Notes: a model not told the origin generated them from the sequence alone. A DNA stretch of 63,729 nucleotides, filler included, from Pelomyxa schiedti (GCA_020536535.1; 11 parts of 11 records of this genome joined end to end with filler, not necessarily neighbours in it), one strand, 5' to 3'. Positions 24,558-36,445 are shown, counted from the first letter of the whole stretch. Translations and numbers: made by a program.

Positions 24558-25410
24558 ATGTCTACAGAGCCTGGCATCATTGAATTTGTTGACAACGCGG
24601 TGCAACCCGGTGGTGTGTACACTGGACGTATTGTAAACAACAAGCGAGATGGCAGGGGCAAGTTCACGTACATGGCCGCGGGCGAGGTCCAGCAGATCTA
24701 CAACGGCGGCTGGAGCGACGGGCTGAGGAACGGCCGGGGGGTGCTCACATGGCCAGACGGTGGTACCTACGACGGCGAGTGGAGGAACGGCGCCCAAGAC
24801 GGGTGGGGTGTTCGGCGCCGGCCAGACGGCTCGTGGTACGAGGGGCTGTGGCGTGGCGGGTACTGGTGCAGGGGGACGTGGCACGACCCCAACGGCGTAG
24901 ACGTGATGGAGGGCGAGTGGGCATGGGATGCCTCGGCACAATCTCACAACATGCAAGGATGGGGAGTGTGGAGGAAGAGGATGACCAGGGGTGATGATGG
25001 GAGGTACATCGAGGCCAAGACGACCCAACCTCCTCGTGGTGGTGACGCGGTGGTGCCACAGGCCGGCGCCACCACAGAGGCGATGGTGACTGTGTATGAG
25101 GGTGAGTGGGACAAAGATCAGATGCACGGGCATGGAATGCGGAAGAGAGTAGAGACAGGCACAATCTGGTGTGGTGAGTTTCGACGCGGTGCTGAAAATG
25201 GAAAAGGGAGGATGCTCATTGGCGAGAACAGCCCCCACAACGACCCAGGAGGGAGCTACGTGGGTGAGATGAGGAACGGGAGGTTCCATGGGGAGGGTGT
25301 GAGGTTGTGGTCAAACGGTGACAGGTATCAGGGAAACTGGGTGGATGGCATGGAGCACGGTAACGGGACGAAGAAGTGGGCCAGGGATGGGTCATCATTC
25401 ACTGGTGTGT
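24558..25410 (+). CDS. MORN-repeat protein (3' truncated by scaffold end)
   Basis: Repeated YxGxWxxGxxxGxG motifs. Confidence 0.9.
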
Positions 25411-25510
25411 NNNNNNNNNNNNNNNNNNNNNNNNNNNNNNNNNNNNNNNNNNNNTTAATTAATTAANNNNNNNNNNNNNNNNNNNNNNNNNNNNNNNNNN
25501 NNNNNNNNNN
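25411..25510. other. Artificial scaffold-join spacer
   Basis: N44-TTAATTAATTAA-N44. Confidence 0.98.
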
Positions 25511-25697
25511 CAAACATGCACATGAAAGTGAATGTTGTGCCTGTCCAATGTAATTGAAACTTTCTTCAACAAGCAGCTGGTGTCTTGAGTGACATTGCTG
25601 GGGGTAACAATTGATTTCACCCACACTCCCCGTTGTATGTGTTGTAATGTATGGGCACTGTCTTTTTGCTTTATAAGAAGAAGTACTTCGCAAAAGG

Positions 25698-28600
25698 CTA
25701 ACTTACCCGATTTAATTTGTTGTAGTTCAGTCTTGAGTTCTTTAAGATATTTCTTAGCAGCTTAGGGAGATTAGAGATTGTAAAAAAAAAGGCACTTGTG
25801 CTCACACGAGCCCAGATCCAGCTCTCTCGAATCTGTGAGTTCTTTTTTAGCAAATGATTCATCTTTAGCAGAAACACACCTGTGGTTGACTCCCTTTGCT
25901 GGCGTACTCCATCCACGTATGTGAACTTTGTGACCTCGCCGGTACTCACATTTATTGATGCACCCTTTCCGTGGAACACAGGCATAAAGTCCGGGCCATC
26001 AGGTTTCCATTGGCAATAACTACTGAGTTCGTTTTCCATCAAAACTGCATTTGGTCTTACGGGATCCGGCTTATCGTTTACCCAGTGGCAGATGATTTCC
26101 CTGTCACCTTTCAACGCGAATCTGCCCAGTCCATTCCTCAGTCCCTTCACAAATCCGCAGTTGAATGTCAGAAAATCACCGGAAGCTGCGGCGTTGTAAG
26201 TCCAAACGCCGGATCCTTCTGCCATCCCTTCTTTGAAATTGCCCTTGAAAACGTGTCTGCTCCCTTCTCGAGTGACAGTACCCTCGCCGTGCATCTTTCC
26301 AAGTACCCACTCCCCCATATGGACGTCCCCATTTTTCATCCTCATCTCTCCGTTGCCTGCCTGCATGTCATTCATCCATTTCCCGATATAGTACTCCCCG
26401 GTTTCTCCCCATTCCATTAGTCCGACTCCTTCCCTTTTTCCTGCGGCCCATTCGCCATTGTACTTGTCGCCATTGGCCTTGGTGTCAATGCCGTGTCCGC
26501 TGCGCTTGCCGTTGTCCCATGATCCCCTGTAGGCGTACCCGTTTGTGTAGCTTATAACGCCCTCGCCGTGCTTCTAGTCGTTTTCCCACATCCCATCATA
26601 GATGTAGCCTTTCGCCTTGTTCTGCATTACCCCTTGCCCGTGGCGTTTGTCTCGGTGCCACATGCCGTCGTAGACCGACCCGTCTGGCCACTTATGGGTT
26701 CCGTGTCCCTCCTTCATTCCGCCGACCCATAATCCGCTGTACGCTTCCCCTGTAGATGCGCACGTGTAGGTGCCGAGTCCCTCGAACTTGCCGGACTTCC
26801 AGGACCCATAATATTATGGGACTGGTCGCCGTCCAGACCAGACCTGGTCAACTTCCCCTGGCCGTGTTGTTTTCCTTTGACCCAGTCCCCTTCGTACACC
26901 GAGCCGTTCGTGAAAATCATCGTGCCACTGCCGTGCCGCATAGCGCCTAACAGATCGCCGGTGTATTTGCCCTCGGCGAACTGCCTCTCTCCCTGTCTCG
27001 TCAATGCCTGCTCACAGACTTGGTACAGTGCCGACAACCTCATTGGAGAAAACGAAAACCGTTTCAAAACAAAGTTTCAAAAGTTTTTCCTTGTCTTCTG
27101 TTTTCTGATCAACTGGTATCAACATACCAGAAAGGGTGTTTCGTAGCTCAGGATCGGCGGTCTGGTGGTTTTGTATTCTGCCAAATGAATGTAATTCTCT
27201 TACAAGACTTTGTTGATGAGGGAAAAGCCACTCTGAGGCTCAAATTGCAATTATTTGGAGTAGGTGTACATCCAGAGGCAATGTGTCGAAGATGGAGTCA
27301 ATAATTGCACCATTGAATATTTCAGTCAATAGAACGGCAAATTCCCACACATCCCCTGTTGTGGATCAATTGGAATAAGAAAAAAAAAAAGATACAACCT
27401 TCAATTGAATAATGATCCGTGAACATCTGGGGAGCCATGTGGACTGAGGTACCAGGAACAATAGATTGTGGCTGTTGGGTGTTCATTCCGTGGGATACCC
27501 CTTTGGAGGAGGTTAGCTTATATCAAAGAAGAAAGTCCACAGTACCAAAATCACAGATTTTTGGAGTTCCATCAATATCCATGAGTACGTTGTTGCTACT
27601 GAGATCCCGGTGCATATAATTTTGCCTTTTTATTGTGAATGAGAGTATGATAGTGCAATATGCACGCACCTATGAAGGCAATCTTCAGCCGCCTAGTACT
27701 TGTTATACATGTACCAATGCACTTCGACGTTGGGGTGCCGCAATCCACTCAGAATCTTGTTTTGGTTTTTTGGTTATCGGGTTATATTTGAAGCCATTGT
27801 AACCTCTGCCTCCCAGAAAAACCGTTCAGAATTATGGTTTGACATGATCACCTCGTGAAGGGTTTTAACAGCGACATCCCTTCCCGACGGAATGTGGCTG
27901 CATACTGAATACTGTGCCATAACTCCCAGTACCCAACGAGAGTTTAGCTTCTAAATGTGCCTCTTGAATGGTAATCACAGGAACGAGTTGCACTTTAAAT
28001 TGTGCTACAACATCTTTTTTGTTTCCGTTAGGAATGATACGATATTTCATAAGAATCATCACCTGATATCGGCGGAGGCAGAAGGGACTCCAAATTCAAT
28101 AGTGTTGATGAAGTACCAGTGAGTGGTACCAAGACCTCCCTTTCCAACAAGGAGAAGATCCTGCTGGCTTTCATCCACTTTGAACCGCTTTTCCACTTGC
28201 ATCTTCACAACCTTTATTTCTTGAGTTTTTTTTTTTTTGAAAGGACCGGACATTTACCTTCTCGAGCGGGCATTTACAGCAAACATGTTTGCTTGTCTAA
28301 TGGTGTCAATTCAATTCAATTGGTGCGTTTTTGGCACCAGCTTGAGGGTCGGTGTGCTGTGTCGGCGTCGGCGTCGGTTCTGTGGTAGGCGTAGGCCTCG
28401 GCGCAGATGACGCTGGCTTCGGCGCCGGTGGTTGGTGTCTCCGGGCGGAGCCGCGGTGGTGTAGGCGTCGTTGGTCTACCAACGTAACGCTCGATCCGTT
28501 GCCCTGGTGGTGATCCGCCGCCGCTTACGTTCTCAACACCACCGCTCGACGCTGACCACCGCGGCGCCACACGGCGACGGCAAAGAACCCTTTCTGATCG

Positions 28601-28705
28601 TTTTGCGAATGTGACTGTGGGACGAATCTGTTGGCTCGGGTTTTTTCTTCCGTTGTTATGTACAGCACTGTTGTTTGGAACAGGCACTTTCCAGCCAGAA
28701 CACAC
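25698..28705 (-). pseudogene. Protein kinase (TKL-like) + MORN-repeat gene, disabled
   Basis: LGTGSYGTV, DVAVK, LRHPN, HRDLSSNN, DF|G, PGTSVHMAPQ, then many MORN repeats. Frameshifts near 27905, 27725 and 26812; in-frame TAG at 26574-26576. Confidence 0.85.
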
Positions 28706-28908
28706 TTCAGTTACTCACCTTCCTGCATCAACCTAAGGCTCTTTGATTTCGATTTCCAAGATCTAGATCTGCCACTGTACCAACAAACAAATGCGACACT
28801 AGGCCGGTGACGTGCCCGTTCGAAAAAATGGCGGATGGCGGAGTGTGTCATTAGGGCTTTGTTTGTTTTTTTTAGTCAGCAATTGTCACTCCCAACTGTT
28901 CTCCATTA

Positions 28909-29154
28909 TCTTCTGCTGCAATCTCTCCCTCTCTGCTTCCTTCTTCTTCTCAACCACAACAACTACAACTCCTTCTCCATTCCGGGTACAACCTTCTAAT
29001 CCCTCCCTCCTCTAGATTCCCCAACCCTTGGGCAGAGTGGGGAGGGTACGGTGTACACTGGGCATCATCACGGCAATCTCTGCAATCTTCTGCTGCAATC
29101 TCTCCCTCTTCTTCTCAACCACAACAACTACAACTCCTTCTCCATTCCGGGTAC
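28909..29154 (+). repeat. Imperfect direct repeat (28909-28989 / 29086-29154)
   Basis: TCTTCTGCTGCAATCTCTCCCTC..CAACCACAACAACTACAACTCCTTCTCCATTCCGGGTAC occurs twice; the second copy has an internal deletion. Confidence 0.9.
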
Positions 29155-29775
29155 TTGTTCATGCTCACCCTCCATATGGATAGAGTCCGCTTCTTCCGCA
29201 GTCCTGTTCAAGACTTGTACTGTCATGTTAAAATTACAACTGTATCTCCAAGAGGTTATCTCAGCAACCACATTTACAACAATTAATTGTGTTTTAGCTC
29301 TTATTGGGGACCTGGTTATATTCACTGAGTCTGGTGAGCCAATTGCCTGCATTGATGGCTTCCGTTGCAATTATGTTGAAGACACACGAAGATCCACAGA
29401 TGTGTTTTATCACACAGAGTGGGCCCCAATTACCACTTCCCCAGCTCCACCCACCAAACCCAATGGCAAGTTTGTTGTATTTTCTGAAGGGGCTTATGGG
29501 GATGAGCTTGTAAGCATTTTACGCAAGTCTGGAGGATCTGTTTTTTCAATTCGCAAGGCCAACAGCGTCGAATTGAATGGTCAAGACTTGACATGTCCTT
29601 CCAATGAGTTGCCGTCTGTGATTAGCCATATTGAGGCACAGGTTTTCCCATTTCCCCATTTCCAAGTATTGATATTTACAGGCTGACGGGCAACCCATCT
29701 TCATGGTGTTCATGTGGGCTGTAAAACAACCCGCCAACGAGGGACTGCTGGATGCCATTTTGTTCTTGCAAGCAC
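29151..29775 (+). CDS. Type I polyketide/fatty-acid synthase fragment (C-terminal half of DH, linker, start of KR structural subdomain), with introns
   Basis: MDRVRFFRSPVQDLYCHVKI..PR|ALIGDLVIFTESGEPIACIDGFRC..VFYHTEWAP..KFVVFSEGAYGDELVSILRKSG..|FMVFMWAV..LLDAILFLQA. Two GT-AG introns restore the frame. Confidence 0.7.
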
Positions 29776-29875
29776 NNNNNNNNNNNNNNNNNNNNNNNNN
29801 NNNNNNNNNNNNNNNNNNNTTAATTAATTAANNNNNNNNNNNNNNNNNNNNNNNNNNNNNNNNNNNNNNNNNNNN
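29776..29875. other. Artificial scaffold-join spacer
   Basis: N44-TTAATTAATTAA-N44. Confidence 0.98.
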
Positions 29876-31384
29876 CACTGTAGTCATTGGGAATGAAGCA
29901 TTCCGGTGATGCCGGTGGTGATATGCTTTGGAATGATTCCGGCGTGCAGAGTGCGGAGAATATCGCGGTGGCATTGCAGGAGGATTTCGGGATGGCGAAG
30001 GAGGTGTTGGTGTAGCCGGTGGAGTCTGTTAGTGGAATGTCGTCGATGGATAGCCAGGCGTTGCTGGATATAAGCCAGGCATCTATGTCCTCAATTTCGC
30101 CGGCCCACCACTTGTTGGAAATGTAGAATACATTGTTGCGGAGCTCATTTCCGCTAGATATGCCTTGCGTTGGGTTCTCGGGGAAATAGACACCTCACCA
30201 CAATTTGAGCGTCGAATATCGAGCGTGGTATTTGCTTACCTGCACCAGTTGTGTTCCAAAATGTATTGTAGTATGCTTTGATCTCGGAATAGTAATTCTC
30301 TTCTCCGTAATAGGCAATCCCATTGCCTCCACCGATTCTATACAAAGGTGAGAAAGAGATAGATGGAGTTGCATCTTACCCAAGGTTATTTCTTATAGTT
30401 AGGTTAACTGTTGGGATTGGGTGAGTTGGCCACGACTCTGTTCCGATAAGAAGTATTGTTGGCCTATTTCCATTTCTATTGTGCTCGTCACTGGTACAAT
30501 ATAAAACATTGCGTTCAATCAAGATGTTCCTCACATTATCTGAATACAGAAGGACAGACCAGGAGTCGTAAACAGTGTTGTCACGAGCAGTGCAACCATC
30601 ACATTGAATTAAGTCTAGCCCTTCACCCCAAGTGTCGTGTATTGTATTGAACTCCCAGAGTACACCACTGGATAACGTATTGGCAGCTGAATCTATAGCC
30701 CATGATGCAACACACTGGGACCAACCATGTGTCGATTTCCCATCTTCATTTTCCAGGACGCAACGGTACATCTCATTGTGGTGAATGTGAATATCCACAC
30801 CGGAGGTAGCAAGTGCCCACTTTTGAGTTTCATGAATAGTCAGATTACAAATTTCCATATGAGTTCCATTCAACACCTAGACAAGTTGACTTTACAATAA
30901 ATACTACATCGTTGCGAAACATACATTCATACCATTTCCCGAGCTGGACCTGATTTCAATAGGGCCTTGCACTACAAGGTAACCGACTTGATAGAATGAT
31001 AAAATCGGTGTTGAACCAGAGAGAGTCAGAGATGACCCATCAAACACAACACCTCCATCCGCACCAGCCCTTATCGTAATCGGCATGTCACGAGTCCCAT
31101 ACAACTTATATATTTGCTCTTTGGCAGTGTAAGTCCCAGCCATCAACTGGTTTTTATTTTCTTCTGATTAGAAAAAAAATGAAAGAGGGAGTTTTTTGCA
31201 TAAAGTGTTGTTTGGTTTGTTAAAATAATAAAGAAAAAACCTCAATGACATCGCCTGGTCTCGCGATTTTTGACGCGGCAGTTATGTTGGCAATCTGACC
31301 ACTTGGTGACACCACGATAGTAACACCGCAGATTGCCCGGCACATCAACGCAACCACTATCGCCCGCACAACTCCGCCCCTCAT
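29876..31384 (-). CDS. Secreted right-handed parallel beta-helix protein (pectate-lyase-like fold; 3' truncated)
   Basis: Signal-like N-terminus, VVSPSG..AASKIARPGDVIE|LMAGTY, and beta-helix coils (FNTIHDTWGEGLDL, DNTVYDSWSVLLYSDN, ERNVLY, IRNNL, YNTFWN). Confidence 0.8.
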
Positions 31385-31444
31385 TTGTTGTTTTCCTTTG
31401 TTGGTTGTTTGGGCTTTCCATTCCAAAATCTGGGTTAGAGTAAT

Positions 31445-31534
31445 GTCAGTGTGGCTCAGTTGGTGAGTAGAGTGGATGTTGGTGAATCATCACTCCCTTG
31501 GGTCGGGTGGAGTCAACTTGCCCACTTGGCTGAC
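31445..31534 (+). tRNA. Degenerate class II (Leu/Ser-like) tRNA-shaped sequence, probably a pseudogene
   Basis: GTCAGT..GCTGAC acceptor-like pairing, TGGCTCAGTTGG A box, GATG/CATC anticodon-like stem, long variable arm and GTGG..CCAC T stem, but the T loop is non-canonical. Confidence 0.3.
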
Positions 31535-31803
31535 TAAAATAATCAACGGACCGGAACGCTGTCATTTTCCTTGTCGTCACTCAGGGTCGGCGGTCTGGTG
31601 TTTTTTTTATTCAGCCACTTGAGCTCATTGTTGGCCCCAATTTCCCAGATTTCGTCGGGAAAGATTTTGTGCATGCGGAGAACCGGCGCAGAAACAGCGA
31701 AAACTGGCGTGTAATCGGAAGAAGAAACAAGAAAGGCAATAACAATCAAACAAACAAACAAAAAAAAAAACCCAAACCGCAGAGGTGGTCCCCCACTAAA
31801 GAC

Positions 31804-33346
31804 ATGAAGGCAGCGTGTTGGTTAGCTGTGCTTATGGGATGCCTTGTGGCCCTCAATGAGGCCGCAGCTCCGTTCAAAATAACTCTTTTTGACGTCGGTC
31901 AGGCCGATAGTCAACTTATTCGTGCGTCCCTATTCGTGTTTTTGTGGGTTTTTTTTATATTCTAAAAAATACAGAAGTTTTAGTTTTTTTGTTCGAAAAT
32001 CGCATCTTTTTGACCAAACTTTCAATAGAGTTTCCGTCAGGGTTCAGTATTTTGATTGATTGTGGTGAAACAGCGTATAATTACAATACCAATGCGAAGG
32101 CAGTCGCAGCCAAGCTTAAAACAATGCTGGGCGGGACTCACATAGACGTTGTAATCGCTACTCATATGGTATTCCTCTTCACCTCCATCATATATGGTTA
32201 AAGGAAATACCTATATGTGTTAGCACACGGATCACGTTGGATACGTTGGATTTGGAGGATTGTGGTGGCTGTTTGAGAAGGAGGGCTTTGTTACTGATAA
32301 GCTCCTAAACAGAGCTGCTGGAAACTGGGTTGGTGTGCATTTCCATTTTTCTTTAGATGTTACCAACATGAGTGCTATCAGACGCAAATAAGAATTCAGT
32401 CTGCGATTACGCAACCGAAATCGATTGGATTTACGCAGGCGTTCTGTCAGGTACCATAGAGAACTGGCAGTGTTATGTCACAGACCCAAGGACCAAGGTA
32501 AACACCTTTTCACACTGTCAGAGCAAACTAAACTGCTATAGGCCTATCCGTGGGTCGAGATTCCGCAGCTTTGCTCCACAACGCAGATAGATCCCCCTGA
32601 CGCAACAGCCTCTGTCACGATAGTTGCAGTTGATGGCCGTGATGCACTGATGCTTGATGGCACCCCTGTAACGGCGGATCACACCCAGGATGCGTATGTA
32701 TCTGTTGGGTAATTGTATTGTTTGACATATGTGAAGGGATCCACCCAACGAGAACGATTTCTCAGTTGGAATTGTTGTACGCTATGGCGCGTTCACCTAT
32801 GGTACATTTGGTGACCTTGATGGGTCATATACAAGCTCCGGTTATGACTATGTCTATGACGGTGAGCTTTTTTTTGATGTATCTCCAGTTAGGACTCATC
32901 ATCAAATTAGACATCGAGACAGTTGTGGCACCTAGGGTTGGCAAAGTGGACCTCATGAAAGTAAATCACCACGGTTCAGCATATTCATCCAACCAGTACT
33001 TCATAGACACTCTGAATCCACAGATTTCCATGATTTCATGTGGTATGTTGCTATTCCCATTCACTATGCATTATCTTATAACAACATTCACACAGGATAT
33101 AACAACTCATATGGGCACCCTGATCAGGAAATCGTGACCAGGCTGCTTAACTCAGGAGCCCTGTACTTAACCGAGAAGGGCAACCTAAACGACAACTACG
33201 GGTCAGCAGTCATTGCCAACAGTGACATTGTAATACAGTCAACAGACGGAGGTAGTACATTCTCTGTGACTGGCGGGGGAAAGACAATGATGTTCAGTTC
33301 ACGCAAGGCAACACCACCTGCTTGTGCTGCGGCACCAAGGAGGTAG
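31804..33346 (+). CDS. Secreted ComEC/Rec2-like metallo-beta-lactamase-fold hydrolase (putative nuclease)
   Basis: Signal peptide, then FDVGQADSQL, ILIDCG, ATHM|HTDH (HxHxDH), NENDFSVG, FGDL, KVNHHGS, ISCG..YGHP. Confidence 0.88.
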
Positions 33347-33505
33347 CCAGTAAAACAATCCACTACTGTACAACATACAAAGAATTTGCTGGAAGTAAAA
33401 GTAAAAGAAGAAGAAAGAGGAAATGATTTGGTGAAGTGGGTTTTTTTTTATTGTTAGTGACAAGATAGATAACAAACAAGAGAGCGGTCCAACAGTGAGG
33501 AGTGT

Positions 33506-34125
33506 TCATACACCTAAAAGTGTGGAGAATGCTTCGAGGTTGAGAACGGCATCCTCAGCAATTTGTCCTTCTTGGAATAGCCTAGTCACTTGGTCGTCAG
33601 TAAGCTTGTCGCCAATGGTGGTGAGGAAATGACGCAAGTCCGCCGCGGTGATACTGCCGGTGTGGTTCTGGTCCATGCACTCAAAGGCGTGCTTGGCGCG
33701 TGCCGCTTTATCAATTGGGTGTGCATACATTCGCTCCATACAAGCCGTAACCTGAGGAAAAACTTATTTTCATAATAACCATTATAATTACTTCATAGTG
33801 GTTGCTTTACAATATTTTTGCGGAGGTTTTTTTTTTATATGTTAGTTATTAGTACCTGATTTACATCGACTTTGCCCACATTCTTGGTGTCAGTTGCGGC
33901 GATAATTTGTCGTAGTTCCGCTTCCGTCGGCGCTGTGCATTTAATTTTCAAGTCAGTCACAACAAAAGATTGTGCAGCGATGCTCTAATGCCTTGTCCCA
34001 GCGATCTAATGAGTCGCGCCAACTCCTCGTGTGACAGCTTTGCGTCTTTGTCTCTGTCATAGAAATCAAACGCCTCAGCGATCTCAGCGTATTGTTGCTT
34101 CGTCAATGGCGCTTGTGACGCTGTC
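33506..34125 (-). CDS. Calmodulin/myosin light chain-like EF-hand protein (5' end lost in N gap)
   Basis: EIAEAFDFYDRDKDAKLSHEELARLIRSLGQ|PTEAELRQII..AFECMDQNHTGSITAADLRHFLTTIGDKLTDDQV. Confidence 0.85.
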
Positions 34126-34278
34126 NNNNNNNNNNNNNNNNNNNNNNNNNNNNNNNNNNNNNNNNNNNNNNNNNNNNNNNNNNNNNNNNNNNNNNNNNNN
34201 NNNNNNNNNNNNNNNNNNNNNNNNNTTTTTTTTCGTTGACTCCTCTTTCTGGATCTCATGGATGGTGCTACTGTGTAG

Positions 34279-36445
34279 GTAGAGAGTTTGTTGCTTACAT
34301 TGGGGGGTAGTGAACCGAACGGAGTCAAATTGTGCAGGCTGGAACGCCCTGATCAAACCCTCTCCCCTAATTCCACAGTGGCATCTCTTTCACTCAAGTT
34401 TGTAATATGTTTATAAGATTAAAATTTACTACTACTTTAGACATGGGGATATGATTTGTCTGTACACTCCACGGTCTACCCCACAAAAACCAAACACATC
34501 CTCCACCCCGTCTGCGGCACCCCCAACATCCACCTCAACAAGTACAACTTCAAGTTCCACCACAGCATCAACGCAAATGACCACATCCACCCCAACTTCA
34601 TCTACTGCTACTTATAAGGATCCAGCGTGAGTTAACAGCTTTACCCGATGTCCCAAATCTCACATTCTTTCCAGTCTCTGTCCTAACAATCACGGTCCTA
34701 ACGCATCATGTATCATGTGCTCAAATGTACAAGCCCCACCTGTTGCCTGCATGCACCCGGCAAATATGACTTGCCCACAGTGCATGCCAAAAAATGTCAC
34801 TGGTATTTTTCGTTCCCACACAGTAGAATTCTTGTAACTCATTTGTAAGGTAGGGATATGTCTTGGATGTGCACTCATCCTCCAGGAGCTAAATGTGTTA
34901 ACTGTTTACCTCCTCCAAAATCAGCATCCACTAGTGCAGCAGCTAACAGTAGGCCTCCAACCGAAACCCACATGCAGTGCAGGCATCCCCCAAATATGAA
35001 ATGTCCACGATGCTTTGTTACCACTGATGTATGTTCCTAACCAGTTTTCACTCCTTACCAGACAATGTACTAAAGAAACCACTGGAGAGAAAATGTGAAC
35101 ATGGACCCCTGGGCCGCTGTGAGCATTGCCTTCCAAAGGCAATTTCTCCTCTCTTGTGACATGTGCGCTCACAAATCTAAGGAAGCACCCTCTGCTGCTC
35201 CACCAAATATCAGCAATTGTCCAAATCATGGCCCTCATGGTTGTTGTTCAGCTTGTCTACAAAGAATTACGGAATCCAAGTTGAATATTAAGAGACAAGT
35301 AAGTATCTTACCGAAAAGCACTGTGCACTAATAACATTATTATAGGCAGAAGTCCACAGCTCAGGGGCGGTCCTGAACCATACTGCTGTTGATGCTTTTC
35401 AGCAATATGTCTCCCACACCCTTAATTATTCTGAACAGCGGTGCGCCTGGTTGTACGGTACTTACTCACCTGCCAACGCCACAATTGTTCATGCTATTTA
35501 TGAACCTCCCCAAAAGGTCTCAAGTCCCTGTTATCCCGCACATAAATAACTTTCATCAAGGGCAGTAAAGGCGGCTTTTCTCTACTTGCAGATAAGTTCT
35601 CAGATACTGTTGATGCCCTAGCAAATACATTCGGACTAAAAAGAGTCGGCTGGATTTTTACACACTCTCCTCGGCGGTTAATACTAACTGCATCGGAAAT
35701 AGCATTTGCGGCCAAGCAGCAAGCAAAATATGGGGATAAATTTATTACTGTGGCTCTGATATGCCCTCCCTTAATATATTGAAGTAGCCTAACACCCGAC
35801 AATACAAAGGGGATGTAGGAGTTAAAATGGAAGCCGAGGCTTTTCAAGTTTCAGATCAAGCTGCGCAACTAGCTGTAGCTGGCATGATAGTTCCTTCTCC
35901 AGATGAGGCGTTTGTCTCCTTAAAAGAAACTGTATTCTTGGACAATAGAGAAACTAAACAAGTTGACGACCACTGGTTTATCCACAATGTAAGTACTGTG
36001 ACTCCACAAAAATGGACCGCTTATTGATTCATAGATTCCTGTGACGAGCACAGCTGAGTGTGTATTCCAACAGTGCGTTTTCCCCATTGAAAATAGAAGC
36101 CGGACTCCACAACGACCATCTGATATGATTGTTTCCTTCCACTCCCTGCAAATTCGAACCTAAAACCAAAAAGGTGCATATGAAACAATCAAACAAACCT
36201 TGGCCGAAGAAGCTCTCGGACTTCCACTTCCTCCTCTACCTTGTAACTCAGGAAATATTCACTGTCAATGTAAACTCCACTTCCATCCCATCTGCACCAC
36301 TAACAACAACCAACCCTCAAAGGTGGACCTTCCCGCCTTAGCCCAAGTCATACAAGCCAGAAACCCGGCCCACTGTGACTACGAGGGCTTCGAAGAAATC
36401 CTGGAGGAAAGGCTCAAACCCACATCATCATCGTCGCGCCATTAG
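34279..36445 (+). CDS. NPL4: NPL4 (Cdc48/p97 cofactor): UBL, six CHCC zinc fingers, MPN-like core (5' end in gap)
   Basis: UBL end SLSLK|HGDMICL; QRCAWLYG, VHAIYEPPQ, GLKRVGWIFTH, EAFQVSDQA, FPIENR, LSDFHFLLYL. Confidence 0.9.

Noticed and set aside
29876-33346. Bacterial contamination as the source of the ComEC-like, beta-helix and PKS sequences
   Set aside because: All three contain GT-AG spliceosomal introns needed to restore the frame, and the first two share a scaffold with NPL4 and SNUPN.
34226-34328. N-terminal extension MTPFGSLPP.. of the EF-hand gene across the gap
   Set aside because: This sequence is the antisense of the NPL4 UBL exon. Both genes' true starts lie in the unsized gap at 34126-34225.
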